A stretch of DNA of 64,000 bases, taken from the IMG/VR virus record IMGVR_UViG_3300042691_048368, positions 1-64,000 of that record, one strand, 5' to 3'. Under the pieces are notes generated by a model, which did not search any database, had not been told where the DNA came from, and saw only the letters and a program-made list of their open reading frames with translations. The DNA is from a virus. Position 1 is the stretch's first letter, and each line of letters opens with the position of its first letter. The position numbers and the translations under genes are program-made. This document shows, piece by piece, positions 1 through 10,335 of the stretch.

Positions 1-1429
1 TTCTAATGTAACTTCTACCCTTACCAGTATTCAATCTATTGAATATTTCCTGAGCACCAAGTGGTCTAGCATTTTCAAACTTCAGAGAAATTTTAATTGT
101 TGATGGTAAATCATTGAAAGCCAATACCTTACCTAACTCCAAATCAACTGATTTGAGTAACATATCACCAGAAGAGAAAACTGGTTTTTTTGGATTACCG
201 ATAGTTATATGCCAAGGTGTTGATGGGCTACCAGTCAATGCATTTGTAATACCCATCAATCTTACTTTGTATTTACCTATAATAGCTGAAAATGATTTCT
301 TCGTAAATGTGAATGCTTTATTCAAAGGTTCTGTGAAATCGCTTTCTTTCAACTCACCATTCCCAGGTGGACTTACTAGCGCTCTGATAATTTTTTGAGC
401 AAATTCTTTAACTGCTTCAAATATCGATAAGACAATCTTTTTCAATGCATTAAAGATTGCACTAAAATTACCACTAACCAAATTTTGTATAAGTTTATTG
501 GTACCCCTAGCAAAAGCACTACCCATTTGGAAAGCCGCATCCGAAGTTCCAAACGTCAACGCATTTTGTATTATATCTAGATAAACTAAACTAGGATCAA
601 CCCCATTTATGAACTTTTGTTCATACTCAACCACCATACTAACTTCGACAGTAGTAGCCAAACCACTTTCTGCTTGGTCTTTACCAACTGTCTTTCTTCT
701 CTTTGCTTCCCTTATTAGGTTTGGATTACCTAGTGGCAATTGATATGGATTATTCAACAATCCCAGTTTTTCCATGATAACTCTTTGAAGTGGTTCACTG
801 AAGCCTGGAAATGGTAAAAGATTCAAACCTGCAGCAGCAAAATCACCCATATTAGCCATACCTTTTTGATCACTTGACATTTGTAAGTCTTTACCCATGT
901 CATTCAATACATCCGTATAACTAGCGTCAGCTTCAACCCAAACTTCATTATAACTGATATTGAAGAAATTATCCTGACTTTCTGGTATCCAGGATACCAA
1001 AGTAGCCATCGGACTCGAACTTACTGCATGTAAATCATTACCAACTGGTCCAGGAAATCTTCTAGCTACTATGAGTCTGTTGTTTGGATATACCCCTAGA
1101 TTCTTCAGATAAGCAAAATCAGCATAGTCCAATCTCATTGCGTGGTTTCCAGCTTCCCTTGTATACTTTATTATACTATCTATAGATAAATCATAAATAT
1201 TATCATTGTGTATGTCTTTTTGTTTTTTGATTTCCAAGACATTACCATTTTTATCGACACCACCTTTTGTGGGGTGTGGTGAAAATACACTATGATTGAA
1301 TAATGATTTTACCTTTTTACCGGCTTTCAATTTCCCATCAACTGTACCACCATCTATTATTTTATAATTGGGTCCTCTACCCGGTGAGGTTTTAGATGTA
1401 TTATGTGCCAATCCAAGTGGAGATGCCAT
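1..1429 (-). CDS. Conserved jumbo-phage structural protein, possibly baseplate/tail-tube initiator; 3'-truncated by the window edge
   Basis: Absent from the ORF track because it runs off the edge. Manual translation from ATG 1429: MASPLGLAHNTSK...YLKNLGVYPNNRLIVARRF...PSTPWHITIGNPKKPVFSSGDMLLKSVDLELG...FNDLPSTIKISLKFENARPLG. AAATATATA motif upstream. Function is inference. Confidence 0.6.
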   Translation of the reverse strand, partial: MASPLGLAHNTSKTSPGRGPNYKIIDGGTVDGKLKAGKKVKSLFNHSVFSPHPTKGGVDKNGNVLEIKKQKDIHNDNIYDLSIDSIIKYTREAGNHAMRLDYADFAYLKNLGVYPNNRLIVARRFPGPVGNDLHAVSSSPMATLVSWIPESQDNFFNISYNEVWVEADASYTDVLNDMGKDLQMSSDQKGMANMGDFAAAGLNLLPFPGFSEPLQRVIMEKLGLLNNPYQLPLGNPNLIREAKRRKTVGKDQAESGLATTVEVSMVVEYEQKFINGVDPSLVYLDIIQNALTFGTSDAAFQMGSAFARGTNKLIQNLVSGNFSAIFNALKKIVLSIFEAVKEFAQKIIRALVSPPGNGELKESDFTEPLNKAFTFTKKSFSAIIGKYKVRLMGITNALTGSPSTPWHITIGNPKKPVFSSGDMLLKSVDLELGKVLAFNDLPSTIKISLKFENARPLGAQEIFNRLNTGKGRSYIR

Positions 1430-1462
1430 TGCAAAAGATTATTTTTCTTATATATTTAAGAA

Positions 1463-1903
1463 TTAATAATCTCTAATTATTTGGCTATTTGTAAACTTGG
1501 TTAGATTACCCAATACATCATCTAGTAATACATTATCTTTTCTAAAATCATTGAAAAAAATAAGGATATTAAAATTATTACTATCTCCCAATAATTTTTT
1601 AATATTCAAAAGTTTTTCTATAGAAAATTCATGCTCAAAATCTGGTACATAATAAATGTCTTTATCCTTTTCTATTGCTAATTGAATTTTCTGATTTACT
1701 AATATCTTAAGATATGTTCTGTCTTTATCGTAGTTTAATTCCTCTTCTTCTAATATTTTCTTAATGTCGACTATATACTTATTTTTAATACGATTAACCT
1801 TGACATACTTATCAAGCTTTTTTCTAGTCTTTACATATACACAATAGAACTCCATATAGAAGAATATTTCCATATTTATTCTATTTTGTTGTTTTCCTTC
1901 CAT
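1463..1903 (-). CDS. Hypothetical protein (true start may be an internal Met, e.g. 1855)
   Basis: 146-aa ORF, co-oriented with the downstream gene. Confidence 0.6.
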   Translation of the reverse strand: MEGKQQNRINMEIFFYMEFYCVYVKTRKKLDKYVKVNRIKNKYIVDIKKILEEEELNYDKDRTYLKILVNQKIQLAIEKDKDIYYVPDFEHEFSIEKLLNIKKLLGDSNNFNILIFFNDFRKDNVLLDDVLGNLTKFTNSQIIRDY

Positions 1904-1947
1904 TTCAGAATAATATAATGAAATAAAAATTGAATATATAATTTATT

Positions 1948-3411
1948 ATGAAGATAACTAGATTTCAAAACTGGAGCAAAATAAACGAGGAAGCATCACC
2001 TAGACTTCCAAAAAACGTTGATTATTGGAAAAAAAGAGGGAAAATCGGGAAGGATGTAGCTCTTTACACCCATGATGATATGGATGGTATATTCAGTGCT
2101 ATAGAAGTAAAAAAATATTTACTCAATGCTGGATTCAAAATTGTAAAATACGGTATATTGAACTACTCAGAAGGTTGGAAATATACATCATTAGATCCCA
2201 AACTAATAAATGTCGTTGTAGATTTTGCAAATATGCCTGGTGATGAAAGGGATGAAATGATCGATTTTTATCTTGACCATCATGGTGTCTTCAGTGAAGA
2301 GGAGATAAAAAAATACATGAAATCTCCTGTTCAAAAAAAGAAAACAGGATCTGCCTATGAGGCTATCTGTCAATCACTTGGTGTGCCTCAAGACTCTTTG
2401 ACTGTTTCAGTGATAGACATGATTGATTCTGCTAAATATCAACACTACGGAGTTTCTTGGCAAAGACTACTCGATTTCAATCTCTCAGATATAAAGAAAT
2501 CAGACAAAGCAAGACTTGAGTTTGCGGCAGCTTTCAATCAATTTTTGAAAAGATCTGATACTAAAACAATAATAGGTGTAATTGATAACTGTAATGACGC
2601 ATCTATCTTTGCTATCTATAATGCTATGAAAACTCTTTATCCAGAACATAATGTTGGTAGATATGGAGATCCAAAACAATTCATTGATGATTCATCTTGG
2701 AGATTAGGTGAGATGGGTAGAAGAGTAAGAGGTAGAGGTGAAAAGAAAGTTTATGACACACAAGAAGATTTCCTATCAGCTTTTCAAAGAAATGGTTTAA
2801 TACAACTTGATGGATATCAAATAATAGGTGATTTAGCATTTATTCCAACTGGCACGTGGGCAAATGCATTGAGAGCTAGATCAATCATAGAAAAAGAACT
2901 TTCAGAAGGTAAAATATCGAAAGAGCCGAAATTTATTCTTCTACAATATGGAGGCACACTGCAAGTTTGTTCTTATAAACCAATGGATGAATATGGTGAT
3001 GATTTACCAAAACTAAAATCAGGAGAGGCCGTGACAGATTTGGGAGCTTATATGACTAAATTATTGAAAAATTTTCAAGAACATTTAGGTTACCACAATC
3101 CTGACACATCCTTGGGCCAAGATGAGATTACGGTTTCCGGCGGACATGGAGGCATAGGATCAATTTCGAATATCTTCGGTGAATGTGACAAGGAACCATA
3201 TGTTGGTCAAAGATTTGTAGATATGTTCAAGAATAAAATAATAACAGATTTATCTGGTGTTTCTTTCAATCTTAACATAAAATGGTCCGAACCAAAAGAA
3301 TTTAAGAGTAAGGATCCAGAAATGGACAACAAAGTTATTAGTGCTGAGGATGTAACGAAAATTGGACGTAGCGGTAAGATACTAAGATTTGATGGTTTGA
3401 AAGAAGATTAA
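1948..3411 (+). CDS. DHH-family phosphoesterase with capsid-targeting-like N-terminus
   Basis: Motifs HDDMDG, VVDFA, LDHH and C-terminal SGGHGG; N-terminus MKITRFQNWSKINEE. Confidence 0.8.
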   Translation: MKITRFQNWSKINEEASPRLPKNVDYWKKRGKIGKDVALYTHDDMDGIFSAIEVKKYLLNAGFKIVKYGILNYSEGWKYTSLDPKLINVVVDFANMPGDERDEMIDFYLDHHGVFSEEEIKKYMKSPVQKKKTGSAYEAICQSLGVPQDSLTVSVIDMIDSAKYQHYGVSWQRLLDFNLSDIKKSDKARLEFAAAFNQFLKRSDTKTIIGVIDNCNDASIFAIYNAMKTLYPEHNVGRYGDPKQFIDDSSWRLGEMGRRVRGRGEKKVYDTQEDFLSAFQRNGLIQLDGYQIIGDLAFIPTGTWANALRARSIIEKELSEGKISKEPKFILLQYGGTLQVCSYKPMDEYGDDLPKLKSGEAVTDLGAYMTKLLKNFQEHLGYHNPDTSLGQDEITVSGGHGGIGSISNIFGECDKEPYVGQRFVDMFKNKIITDLSGVSFNLNIKWSEPKEFKSKDPEMDNKVISAEDVTKIGRSGKILRFDGLKED

Positions 3412-4797
3412 TTACTTCTTGAACGACTTCAAAACACCCTTATCCTTTTTCCTATCGTATTGATCATCATCAAACTTTGTATCAAAGAAGTTATCAGTTT
3501 CGGAAACAATTTTAGTTTCCGAACTTATGTTAGCGTAAGGACCTAATTTTCCACTTCTAAACACACCACCTATCATATCACAATTCAAATATCCACCCAT
3601 AAAGAAACAATCTTTTAGTTGGGTAGCTTCTACCTCACAGTTAAGAATTTTAGTACCAACTATTTCACAACCGTGGATTCTAGATTTAATGATTTGACAA
3701 TTATCGACTTCAGAATTAACGAAGTGACAATTTTCAAAGATACCATTCGTTACTATACAATTTATAAAATCAAACCCTGAGACATTTTGAGAAGTCTTCA
3801 GATTAGCATCGATTATTTCAATTTTTTGTGTTGAGGTAACAAAGTTGATTATACAATCCTCCAACTTTTCGGTAGAGTCAACTAATTTGTGAAGCTTGGG
3901 AAATATTCTATCGTAATATGCGTTTACTATATCATAGGAATATTGTTGGTCAATCTGTAGTGTCACAGTTGGGAAATCAACTATGAAGTTATCATACTTT
4001 GAAAAATTTTTAAAGTTGTTTATATTTTCTTCCAAATATTTTTCCAACTGCTCAATATCTTCATCATTAAATGTAGCTTCTATTGATTTATACACATCTA
4101 ATATGAATCTATCGAAGAAGTAAGTAATTTGACCTATATTTTTCTCGTAATCTTTTCCCCCAATATATCTGAATTCCAATCTTTGAGATTCTTTTGGATT
4201 ATTAATATGTAAGAAGTTTACACCATAGTATTTATCATCGGGTAGTCTTAGAGTATTCTTTACAACATCGATTGGTACACTATTGTAGTCATATTCTTTG
4301 AATGGTATCATTTTCTTTATGGATTTAGCGTAAACATTTCCTTTCCTTGATGGATAGGAACTGTATATCTCATCCTCATCAACCATCAGAATTAATTTCA
4401 AAACATTCAAATCATTCAAGTTTCTATTTTCATCAGCAAATGATATATTAAAGTGTATAGATGATTTTTCATTTGTGTATCCATACATTTGAATGAATTT
4501 TAATATTTTAACCATATAATACTTCGCCTCAAAGTACTCTAATGGTCCAGTTATCATCTCGACCATGTTTGCACCCCCTGACAAGTCTGGCTCAATTTTG
4601 AAATTCTGAGAATCTGGCTTAAAATCGGTATGATATTTTCTAAAACCCCAAACTTTTACAGGTGCTAAATATTGATTCAACAATTCTAAAGTTTTGTAGA
4701 AAGATAGATCTTTCATATAAAATTCAAATTCAAGACCACACTTGGACTTCTTAAGAATTTCCGAATCATTTAAAAACTTTTCTGAATATTTCCTCAT
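3412..4797 (-). CDS. Putative amidoligase (COOH-NH2 ligase, Amidoligase_2-like) with C-terminal beta-helix-like repeats
   Basis: GLEFEF, IEPDLS, VEMITGP, SIHFNIS, KYYGVNF, RLEFRYIGG; C-terminal repeats such as FENCHFVNSEVDNCQI. Confidence 0.75.
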   Translation of the reverse strand: MRKYSEKFLNDSEILKKSKCGLEFEFYMKDLSFYKTLELLNQYLAPVKVWGFRKYHTDFKPDSQNFKIEPDLSGGANMVEMITGPLEYFEAKYYMVKILKFIQMYGYTNEKSSIHFNISFADENRNLNDLNVLKLILMVDEDEIYSSYPSRKGNVYAKSIKKMIPFKEYDYNSVPIDVVKNTLRLPDDKYYGVNFLHINNPKESQRLEFRYIGGKDYEKNIGQITYFFDRFILDVYKSIEATFNDEDIEQLEKYLEENINNFKNFSKYDNFIVDFPTVTLQIDQQYSYDIVNAYYDRIFPKLHKLVDSTEKLEDCIINFVTSTQKIEIIDANLKTSQNVSGFDFINCIVTNGIFENCHFVNSEVDNCQIIKSRIHGCEIVGTKILNCEVEATQLKDCFFMGGYLNCDMIGGVFRSGKLGPYANISSETKIVSETDNFFDTKFDDDQYDRKKDKGVLKSFKK

Positions 4798-5135
4798 TAT
4801 TTAAATTGGGTATTATCTTGTAAATGTTTCCTCAAAAAGGTTTGTAACTTTGGACATTTATTTTCAACATCATTTTTCATTTGATTAAAACCGGATATAG
4901 TAGTGGGATTGTCAAAAATATTTTTTATTGCCATAATTTCCAAATCCGTGACAGTGTTCGAATTTTTGTATTTATTAGAAGTTTTGTAAAGTTCCAAATA
5001 CTCATCTATTAGTTTTTCCTCACATTTTAAAGTACCATTTAAATAAAGTGGTATTATATATGAAGCATATCTTTTTAAAATACTTGGGTCAGGTATAAAT
5101 CTTTTAGATTCTACAACTTTTGTGAATTTTTCCAT
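4797..5135 (-). CDS. Hypothetical protein (late, CTS-like N-terminus)
   Basis: 112 aa; TAATATATA at 5157-5165; 1-nt stop/start overlap with the amidoligase gene. Confidence 0.7.
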   Translation of the reverse strand: MEKFTKVVESKRFIPDPSILKRYASYIIPLYLNGTLKCEEKLIDEYLELYKTSNKYKNSNTVTDLEIMAIKNIFDNPTTISGFNQMKNDVENKCPKLQTFLRKHLQDNTQFK

Positions 5136-5175
5136 GATAAAAATTTATTTATAGAGTATATATTATTTTCATTTA

Positions 5176-5207
5176 TTTGGAAATAAAAATGAAATTGTAT
5201 ATTTTTG
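5176..5207 (+). promoter_or_regulatory. Bacteroidota housekeeping-sigma (-33/-7) promoter, putative early
   Basis: TTTG(5176-79)-N20-TATTTTTG(5200-07), 4 nt before ATG 5212. Confidence 0.7.
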
Positions 5208-5211
5208 TGTC

Positions 5212-6093
5212 ATGATAATCAAATCGGAAATAATCCAAAATAATTTAGATAAATTAGAGCAAGCAAAGAAAGATTTTTCACTTTTGAATGATTATGCATC
5301 GACTGATGACAATTCGATTCTGAGGGGTCTGTGGGAAGAAGGACGTGCTTATGGATTCATATCCTATATGAACTTCATTGATTTCATCAGACACACCAAA
5401 AAACTCAATCAAGAGGTTTTTTATAAGAATAAAATAAAAATACCAAACTTCAAAGAAGTCTTGATTGCAAATGCACCAGATCCTACTGTAAAAAAGATTT
5501 TGAAATCAAAGGGTAAAGTTTCTTTTACAAAGTTCATAAATTCTACAAAATGGGATCTTTATTCGGGCAATCGTAGAAGAAGAGGTGGTGTAAGATATAG
5601 TGATAATTTTGTCGCATCAGCTGCTATTATTGCTAACTTTTGTATTCAAAATGAAATTGAAGTAGAAGATTATTCTAGAATTTCTGATTATTATAGAACT
5701 AACCTATCGGATTTAGATCCTAGTTTGAAAAAGGAACTAGAACTCACAAAGAATATGATTGACTATATGGTCGAAAGTTTGTCTGAATCTAATTACGACT
5801 TCAGAAGATTGAATGTTGAACATCTAAGTAAATTTATAACCGAAGAATTAAAAAAGAAGTTAGTTTCGATTGAAAAAGGTGAGTCGGTAAAGTTGATAGA
5901 AGATACTGATTACTATGGCGCCTTGACACTAGGAAAAGTCTATGAAGTTGTGGACAAAGAAATTTCTTCGGGAAGACTACAAGTAATTATCAAAAATGAT
6001 CTTGATATATCAAGATCATATCCATATAGATTATTTGAGACTGTAAGTAATCTGAGAAATTCAGTCCTAGATGATCTTTTATATGATAGTTAA
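5212..6093 (+). CDS. Hypothetical early protein with C-terminal SH3-like beta domain
   Basis: 293 aa; C-terminal KGESVKLIE...LTLGKVYEV...IIKND; ends LRNSVLDDLL. Confidence 0.7.
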   Translation: MIIKSEIIQNNLDKLEQAKKDFSLLNDYASTDDNSILRGLWEEGRAYGFISYMNFIDFIRHTKKLNQEVFYKNKIKIPNFKEVLIANAPDPTVKKILKSKGKVSFTKFINSTKWDLYSGNRRRRGGVRYSDNFVASAAIIANFCIQNEIEVEDYSRISDYYRTNLSDLDPSLKKELELTKNMIDYMVESLSESNYDFRRLNVEHLSKFITEELKKKLVSIEKGESVKLIEDTDYYGALTLGKVYEVVDKEISSGRLQVIIKNDLDISRSYPYRLFETVSNLRNSVLDDLLYDS

Positions 6094-6843
6094 ACTGGTC
6101 AATGGTTGAGTTTCTAAAAAAAGATAATCTACACACATTGACTTTGTTTGGGTATAGGTTTCACTCAAAGTTTTCAAATCATTTATTTCTAGGTTCTTAT
6201 TTATAATAAGAGTTAAACAATCATAAGAACCAAAATACATTGTGGATTCTTTTTGGTCTGGATTTATATAAACACTCAAATGGTTATATCTTCCGAAGTA
6301 ATGTATAATCTTTTTCTGTTCGGATTCATTTATTATGAAGTTTTCATTCTTATAAAACAAATATTTGAGATTATTTGGTATGATTACCCAGGAATTATTA
6401 TTTGATATCTGATCTATTTTATTCAGTATATCTTTTGTTTTGATCGGACTTAATATTTTCTTAAAAAAATTCCTTTTAGACAAATTTATCTCATGTCTGA
6501 TTGTATTTTTGAATTTAGCGAATTCTTTCGAAAAAATATTATTCGTATTTCTAGCTATACACTCACAAAGAGGAGAATTTTCAGTTATTGTCTGATCATC
6601 AAGATCAGAAATTATGAGATTAAGATTTAATTTTTCATTCGACTTTATTAAAAGTCTAGTACATTTTAATTTGTAATCAATATTTTCAGTTATGTGTCTT
6701 AATGAATCCGAGTCTTTAATAGTTTTGGAAATCTCAATTGTCCCATTTGAATCATCGACCAAGATAGTCTGAATGATTCTGTCTAGACACAGTAAATCTG
6801 TAATTTGACTTACTAGAGAGTAAGATTTATCTACTAATTCCAT
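6079..6843 (-). CDS. Possible degenerate gp23/gp24-like capsid protein paralog
   Basis: NNSWVIIPNN...HYFGRYNHLSVYINP...MYFG recalls the C-terminal pattern of T4-type major capsid proteins. Confidence 0.4.
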   Translation of the reverse strand: MELVDKSYSLVSQITDLLCLDRIIQTILVDDSNGTIEISKTIKDSDSLRHITENIDYKLKCTRLLIKSNEKLNLNLIISDLDDQTITENSPLCECIARNTNNIFSKEFAKFKNTIRHEINLSKRNFFKKILSPIKTKDILNKIDQISNNNSWVIIPNNLKYLFYKNENFIINESEQKKIIHYFGRYNHLSVYINPDQKESTMYFGSYDCLTLIINKNLEINDLKTLSETYTQTKSMCVDYLFLETQPLTSLTII

Positions 6844-7441
6844 CTTCTTTGAAACTTAATTCTTTGTATCTTTTAGAGAATTTTTCAGATATTAATGTTA
6901 ACTGATTTTTCGAATAATTTAAATACTTAAAATTAGATTTCATTTTATTTGCCGTTTCTGCCATCAATAAAGCTTCCTCACTAGTAGCTGATTTCTTAAC
7001 TAAACTTTCCAAAAATTGTGGGAATCTTTCATCGTCACCATAGGTATCAAGTAATACCTTGATTCTGTTGATTTGTTTCTTATTCTGATTGAATTTGTTA
7101 TTTTCTTGTACTAATGAATTCAACTCATTAATTTTATTATCAACCACTTGCCAATCTCTTGTATCACCTTTTAATGATTCTAAAGTTTTGATTTGATCTT
7201 GTATTGATTTATCATTCATAAAATCTATGAGAGCTTCTATAAATAATTCTTTGCCACCAATTTTTACAGTGTTTTCAAGTATATTTCTTCTAGCTGATCC
7301 ATAGAATCTTAAAATCAAGTGCTCATCTATCATTCTGCTGATACTTGCTTTGAATGCATCCAATTGTAATTTATCTTTGTCTGTCACAATTTTTGGCAAA
7401 TCACCAACTTTTGATCCAGAAATATTACTAAATTTATCCAT
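6827..7441 (-). CDS. Hypothetical protein (start revised to MDKFSNI at 7441)
   Basis: The track start 7486 lies inside a terminator hairpin; TAATATATA at 7464-7472 precedes ATG 7441. Confidence 0.7.
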   Translation of the reverse strand: MDKFSNISGSKVGDLPKIVTDKDKLQLDAFKASISRMIDEHLILRFYGSARRNILENTVKIGGKELFIEALIDFMNDKSIQDQIKTLESLKGDTRDWQVVDNKINELNSLVQENNKFNQNKKQINRIKVLLDTYGDDERFPQFLESLVKKSATSEEALLMAETANKMKSNFKYLNYSKNQLTLISEKFSKRYKELSFKEDGISR

Positions 7442-7471
7442 TTTATTTTGAAAAGATTTAACATATATATT

Positions 7472-7506
7472 AAAAAAAATCTCCACATTTTAAAAGTGGA
7501 GATTTT
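7472..7506 (-). terminator. Rho-independent terminator after the Hc1-like gene
   Basis: AAAATCTCCAC-N9-GTGGAGATTTT stem followed by a T-run on the minus strand. Confidence 0.75.
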
Positions 7507-7509
7507 GAA

Positions 7510-7740
7510 TCAAAGATTTTGTTTATATGATTGGACATCGTTTCTTATTTCTTCCGAAGTCCTTCTTATAAGTTGCATAATCTTTCTAATACGTACACCA
7601 GCTGTTTTGTTTCCTTTGACAAAAAATTTTTCGAAGTCTTCTGAAAGTTTAACTTTTTTCCCATCAACTTCTACATCCTGTGTCATTATTTTCAATAAAT
7701 TATCATATTTATCTAAATATTCAACATTTTGTTTTTCCAT
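7510..7740 (-). CDS. Histone H1-like Hc1-family DNA-binding protein
   Basis: EKFFVKGNKTAGVRIRKIMQ matches the KGNKxAGxRxRK signature; ATG at 7740. Confidence 0.75.
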   Translation of the reverse strand: MEKQNVEYLDKYDNLLKIMTQDVEVDGKKVKLSEDFEKFFVKGNKTAGVRIRKIMQLIRRTSEEIRNDVQSYKQNL

Positions 7741-7790
7741 TTTCAAAAAATATTTTTACATATATATTGAAATTTCGGAACGCCTTTTAA

Positions 7791-8921
7791 TTATTCGATA
7801 TTGAAGTGACTCCTAAGTAGTTCATCTGCTGTATCTTTCGACTTAGCAATATACTTAGAACTTCCACCAGCTCTTATTATGCCAAGAGATCCCATCATTT
7901 TGAAAGCTGAAACCAAATCCTTATTTAAAAAAACAAGACCATTTACTTTACATATCTCTTGGATGGTTTTCATGCTTGGTAACTTATCATTTATTTTAGT
8001 GTCTTTGTTATAAAGTATATTTAAGAGTTGATTATAATTATACCATTTCTGGTAATTCTCATCTTTTTCTATTTTTTCTTTAAAATCACTGTAGGACCTA
8101 TATTTATAATACTCATTAAAATAAACACCGAAAAGAATTACAAGTTCAATTATGGTCGAAATCATAACAAAAAAGAATGAGTTATCTTTATTTTCTGTCT
8201 TTTTTTCATCACCTTTCAATTCTTCTGATTTCTTAAAAGATACAATTTTTCTTTCAGTCCTTTGTTGTATAGTATCAATTTCGGATTTCAATGTATTTTT
8301 TTCAATATTTAGGTCTTTTATTTGATTTCTAAGATCTTTTATTCTAGTTTTTCCTTGTCTAGTCAAGTCTGCTGAATTTTGCAATTCGGTTTGTTCTTGA
8401 TCTTTATCATCAATCTTTTTATCCAACGATTCTATTTTTGATTTCAAAGTGGAAACTTCAGTCTTTTCGATTGTTCTCAAACTATCTTCGAAAGATTTAA
8501 CATTACTTTCAACTTTAGATTCAATCTCTTTAGATTTCGTAGAGAACTCTTGAGCTCCTTTTATAGAAGAATAAAATGATATGGAAACAATCACCAAGCT
8601 AACTATCATCAGTGGTAATACGTCACTTTTAAATACGGTCTTGTATTTAATCTGTTGTAAAGAAAACTTATCAAATATTTCTCTTTTGAGTAACTCAAGA
8701 CCACTCAATAAAATTATCGATGATATAGAAACTAAAATTGGATTATCAATAATAGCGCCCGTTAATATCTTGGAAACTAAAAAGTAAGCAAGAAAGATAG
8801 ATGATATATGCCCAAAAATAGACAAAAAGAACATTACTTTGTTTATGTTCGCAAAACTTTTACTGAAGTCTTGTTCCTTTATAGACTCCTCCAACTTTTT
8901 AAATTCACTTAATTTCATCAT
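7791..8921 (-). CDS. Membrane protein with three N-terminal TM helices, a coiled coil and a further TM helix
   Basis: Hydrophobic segments plus a long K/E heptad region. Confidence 0.7.
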   Translation of the reverse strand: MMKLSEFKKLEESIKEQDFSKSFANINKVMFFLSIFGHISSIFLAYFLVSKILTGAIIDNPILVSISSIILLSGLELLKREIFDKFSLQQIKYKTVFKSDVLPLMIVSLVIVSISFYSSIKGAQEFSTKSKEIESKVESNVKSFEDSLRTIEKTEVSTLKSKIESLDKKIDDKDQEQTELQNSADLTRQGKTRIKDLRNQIKDLNIEKNTLKSEIDTIQQRTERKIVSFKKSEELKGDEKKTENKDNSFFFVMISTIIELVILFGVYFNEYYKYRSYSDFKEKIEKDENYQKWYNYNQLLNILYNKDTKINDKLPSMKTIQEICKVNGLVFLNKDLVSAFKMMGSLGIIRAGGSSKYIAKSKDTADELLRSHFNIE

Positions 8922-9237
8922 CCAAAATTATTTTTCCTTTGAACCTTTCTTTCCAACTCAAGTTTTTATTGATAAGTGTATTATATTTTTGTTCGAGTAT
9001 GAATTTTTGGTTCTGTATATTGTTTATTTCACAATTATAATAGTCTTTTTGTTTACTCATTTCCTCAAGAGTATTTTCCATTCTTTCTTTATAATGAATG
9101 ATACTACAAGAGGATATTCTGTAAAAGTTTCTGAATTTTATCAAAAGAAATTTCAACTCATCGAGATTTAGTCCTTCATTAAAATCTGAAGTCATCAAAA
9201 AATCTAGTATTTCATTTTCCGATAAATCATTAACCAT
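8905..9237 (-). CDS. Hypothetical coiled-coil protein
   Basis: 110 aa; TAATATATA at 9244-9252. Confidence 0.65.
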   Translation of the reverse strand: MVNDLSENEILDFLMTSDFNEGLNLDELKFLLIKFRNFYRISSCSIIHYKERMENTLEEMSKQKDYYNCEINNIQNQKFILEQKYNTLINKNLSWKERFKGKIILDDEIK

Positions 9238-9255
9238 TTCTATTATATATTATTT

Positions 9256-10335
9256 TTACACAAAACCAATATCAGACTTAACTTCAATAAGATTTTTCTT
9301 TTTCAAGACATCTATCAGTCTCATATTTGATTTGGTTTTAGTCTTTCTTCCAAGATGGTTTGAAAGGTCTTTTATTTTTTTGATTTCTAGACTCTTCACA
9401 TCGATTATGTCTAACAAATTATTAGATTCCAATAATATATGGTCAACTTGATTAATATCGTCAACATTCAATATTACTAAAATATGAGCCTTGAGATTAT
9501 CTGAATCAAGACCATCAACAATTTGTAATAAATTATTTGTAAATATGTTAGATTTTGAATAAATCTCACTGAAAAATAATTCCGAATCATCTAATATCAA
9601 TAAACAATCATTATTACTCTTCAAATAGTTTCTGAAGTCTGGATTATTTATTGTAGTTTCAAATAAACTACATGGTATAAAAATAGATTTTTTATCGATA
9701 TTTTTTACGATTTCATGAACCAATGAACTTTTTCCAACTCCTCTTTCTCCATGAATTACGGTCAAACCTTTATTGAACTTTTTGATATTTTTTTCAAGTT
9801 TTGACTTTTTCTTTAATGTTTCATCATTATAATATAGATCAAAATTATCAGAATCTATTTCAATAAAGGGTGTTGGTGTTATTTCAAAACCAGAAGTTCC
9901 TACACTAAGAATGTAACTATTAATGTCACTATTTGAAATATCGTCATCTATTTTATCGGATATTTGTAACAACTCTTGGTATAAGATGTCAAGTTCATTA
10001 CTAAAAGCTTCTTTGTGAAACAAATGAATTTCATTTATTAGACTGTCTTCTTGTTCAATATCATACTCAGTGTAGGAAATGAAAATATCGTCATTATATT
10101 GTCCAATAGATCTTCTATTGACAATTGAATCATTTTCAAGTGGGAAAATTTCAGTAAATGTATTAATGGTCTTTATATCAAATTTCAAAAGAAAATTTTG
10201 AAAATCAATAGACTTGAAACTTGTTAATACAGAAGTTTTGTTCGGTCTTTTATCGAAAAGATTCCAGCAAAATAAAAAATCATTTAACTGATTGTCTTCC
10301 TTGTTAATGTTTAGATTAAGAAAAGATTTTTTCAT
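9256..10335 (-). CDS. AAA+ ATPase
   Basis: Walker A GERGVGKS, Walker B LLILDDSE, NLLQIVDG. Confidence 0.8.
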   Translation of the reverse strand: MKKSFLNLNINKEDNQLNDFLFCWNLFDKRPNKTSVLTSFKSIDFQNFLLKFDIKTINTFTEIFPLENDSIVNRRSIGQYNDDIFISYTEYDIEQEDSLINEIHLFHKEAFSNELDILYQELLQISDKIDDDISNSDINSYILSVGTSGFEITPTPFIEIDSDNFDLYYNDETLKKKSKLEKNIKKFNKGLTVIHGERGVGKSSLVHEIVKNIDKKSIFIPCSLFETTINNPDFRNYLKSNNDCLLILDDSELFFSEIYSKSNIFTNNLLQIVDGLDSDNLKAHILVILNVDDINQVDHILLESNNLLDIIDVKSLEIKKIKDLSNHLGRKTKTKSNMRLIDVLKKKNLIEVKSDIGFV

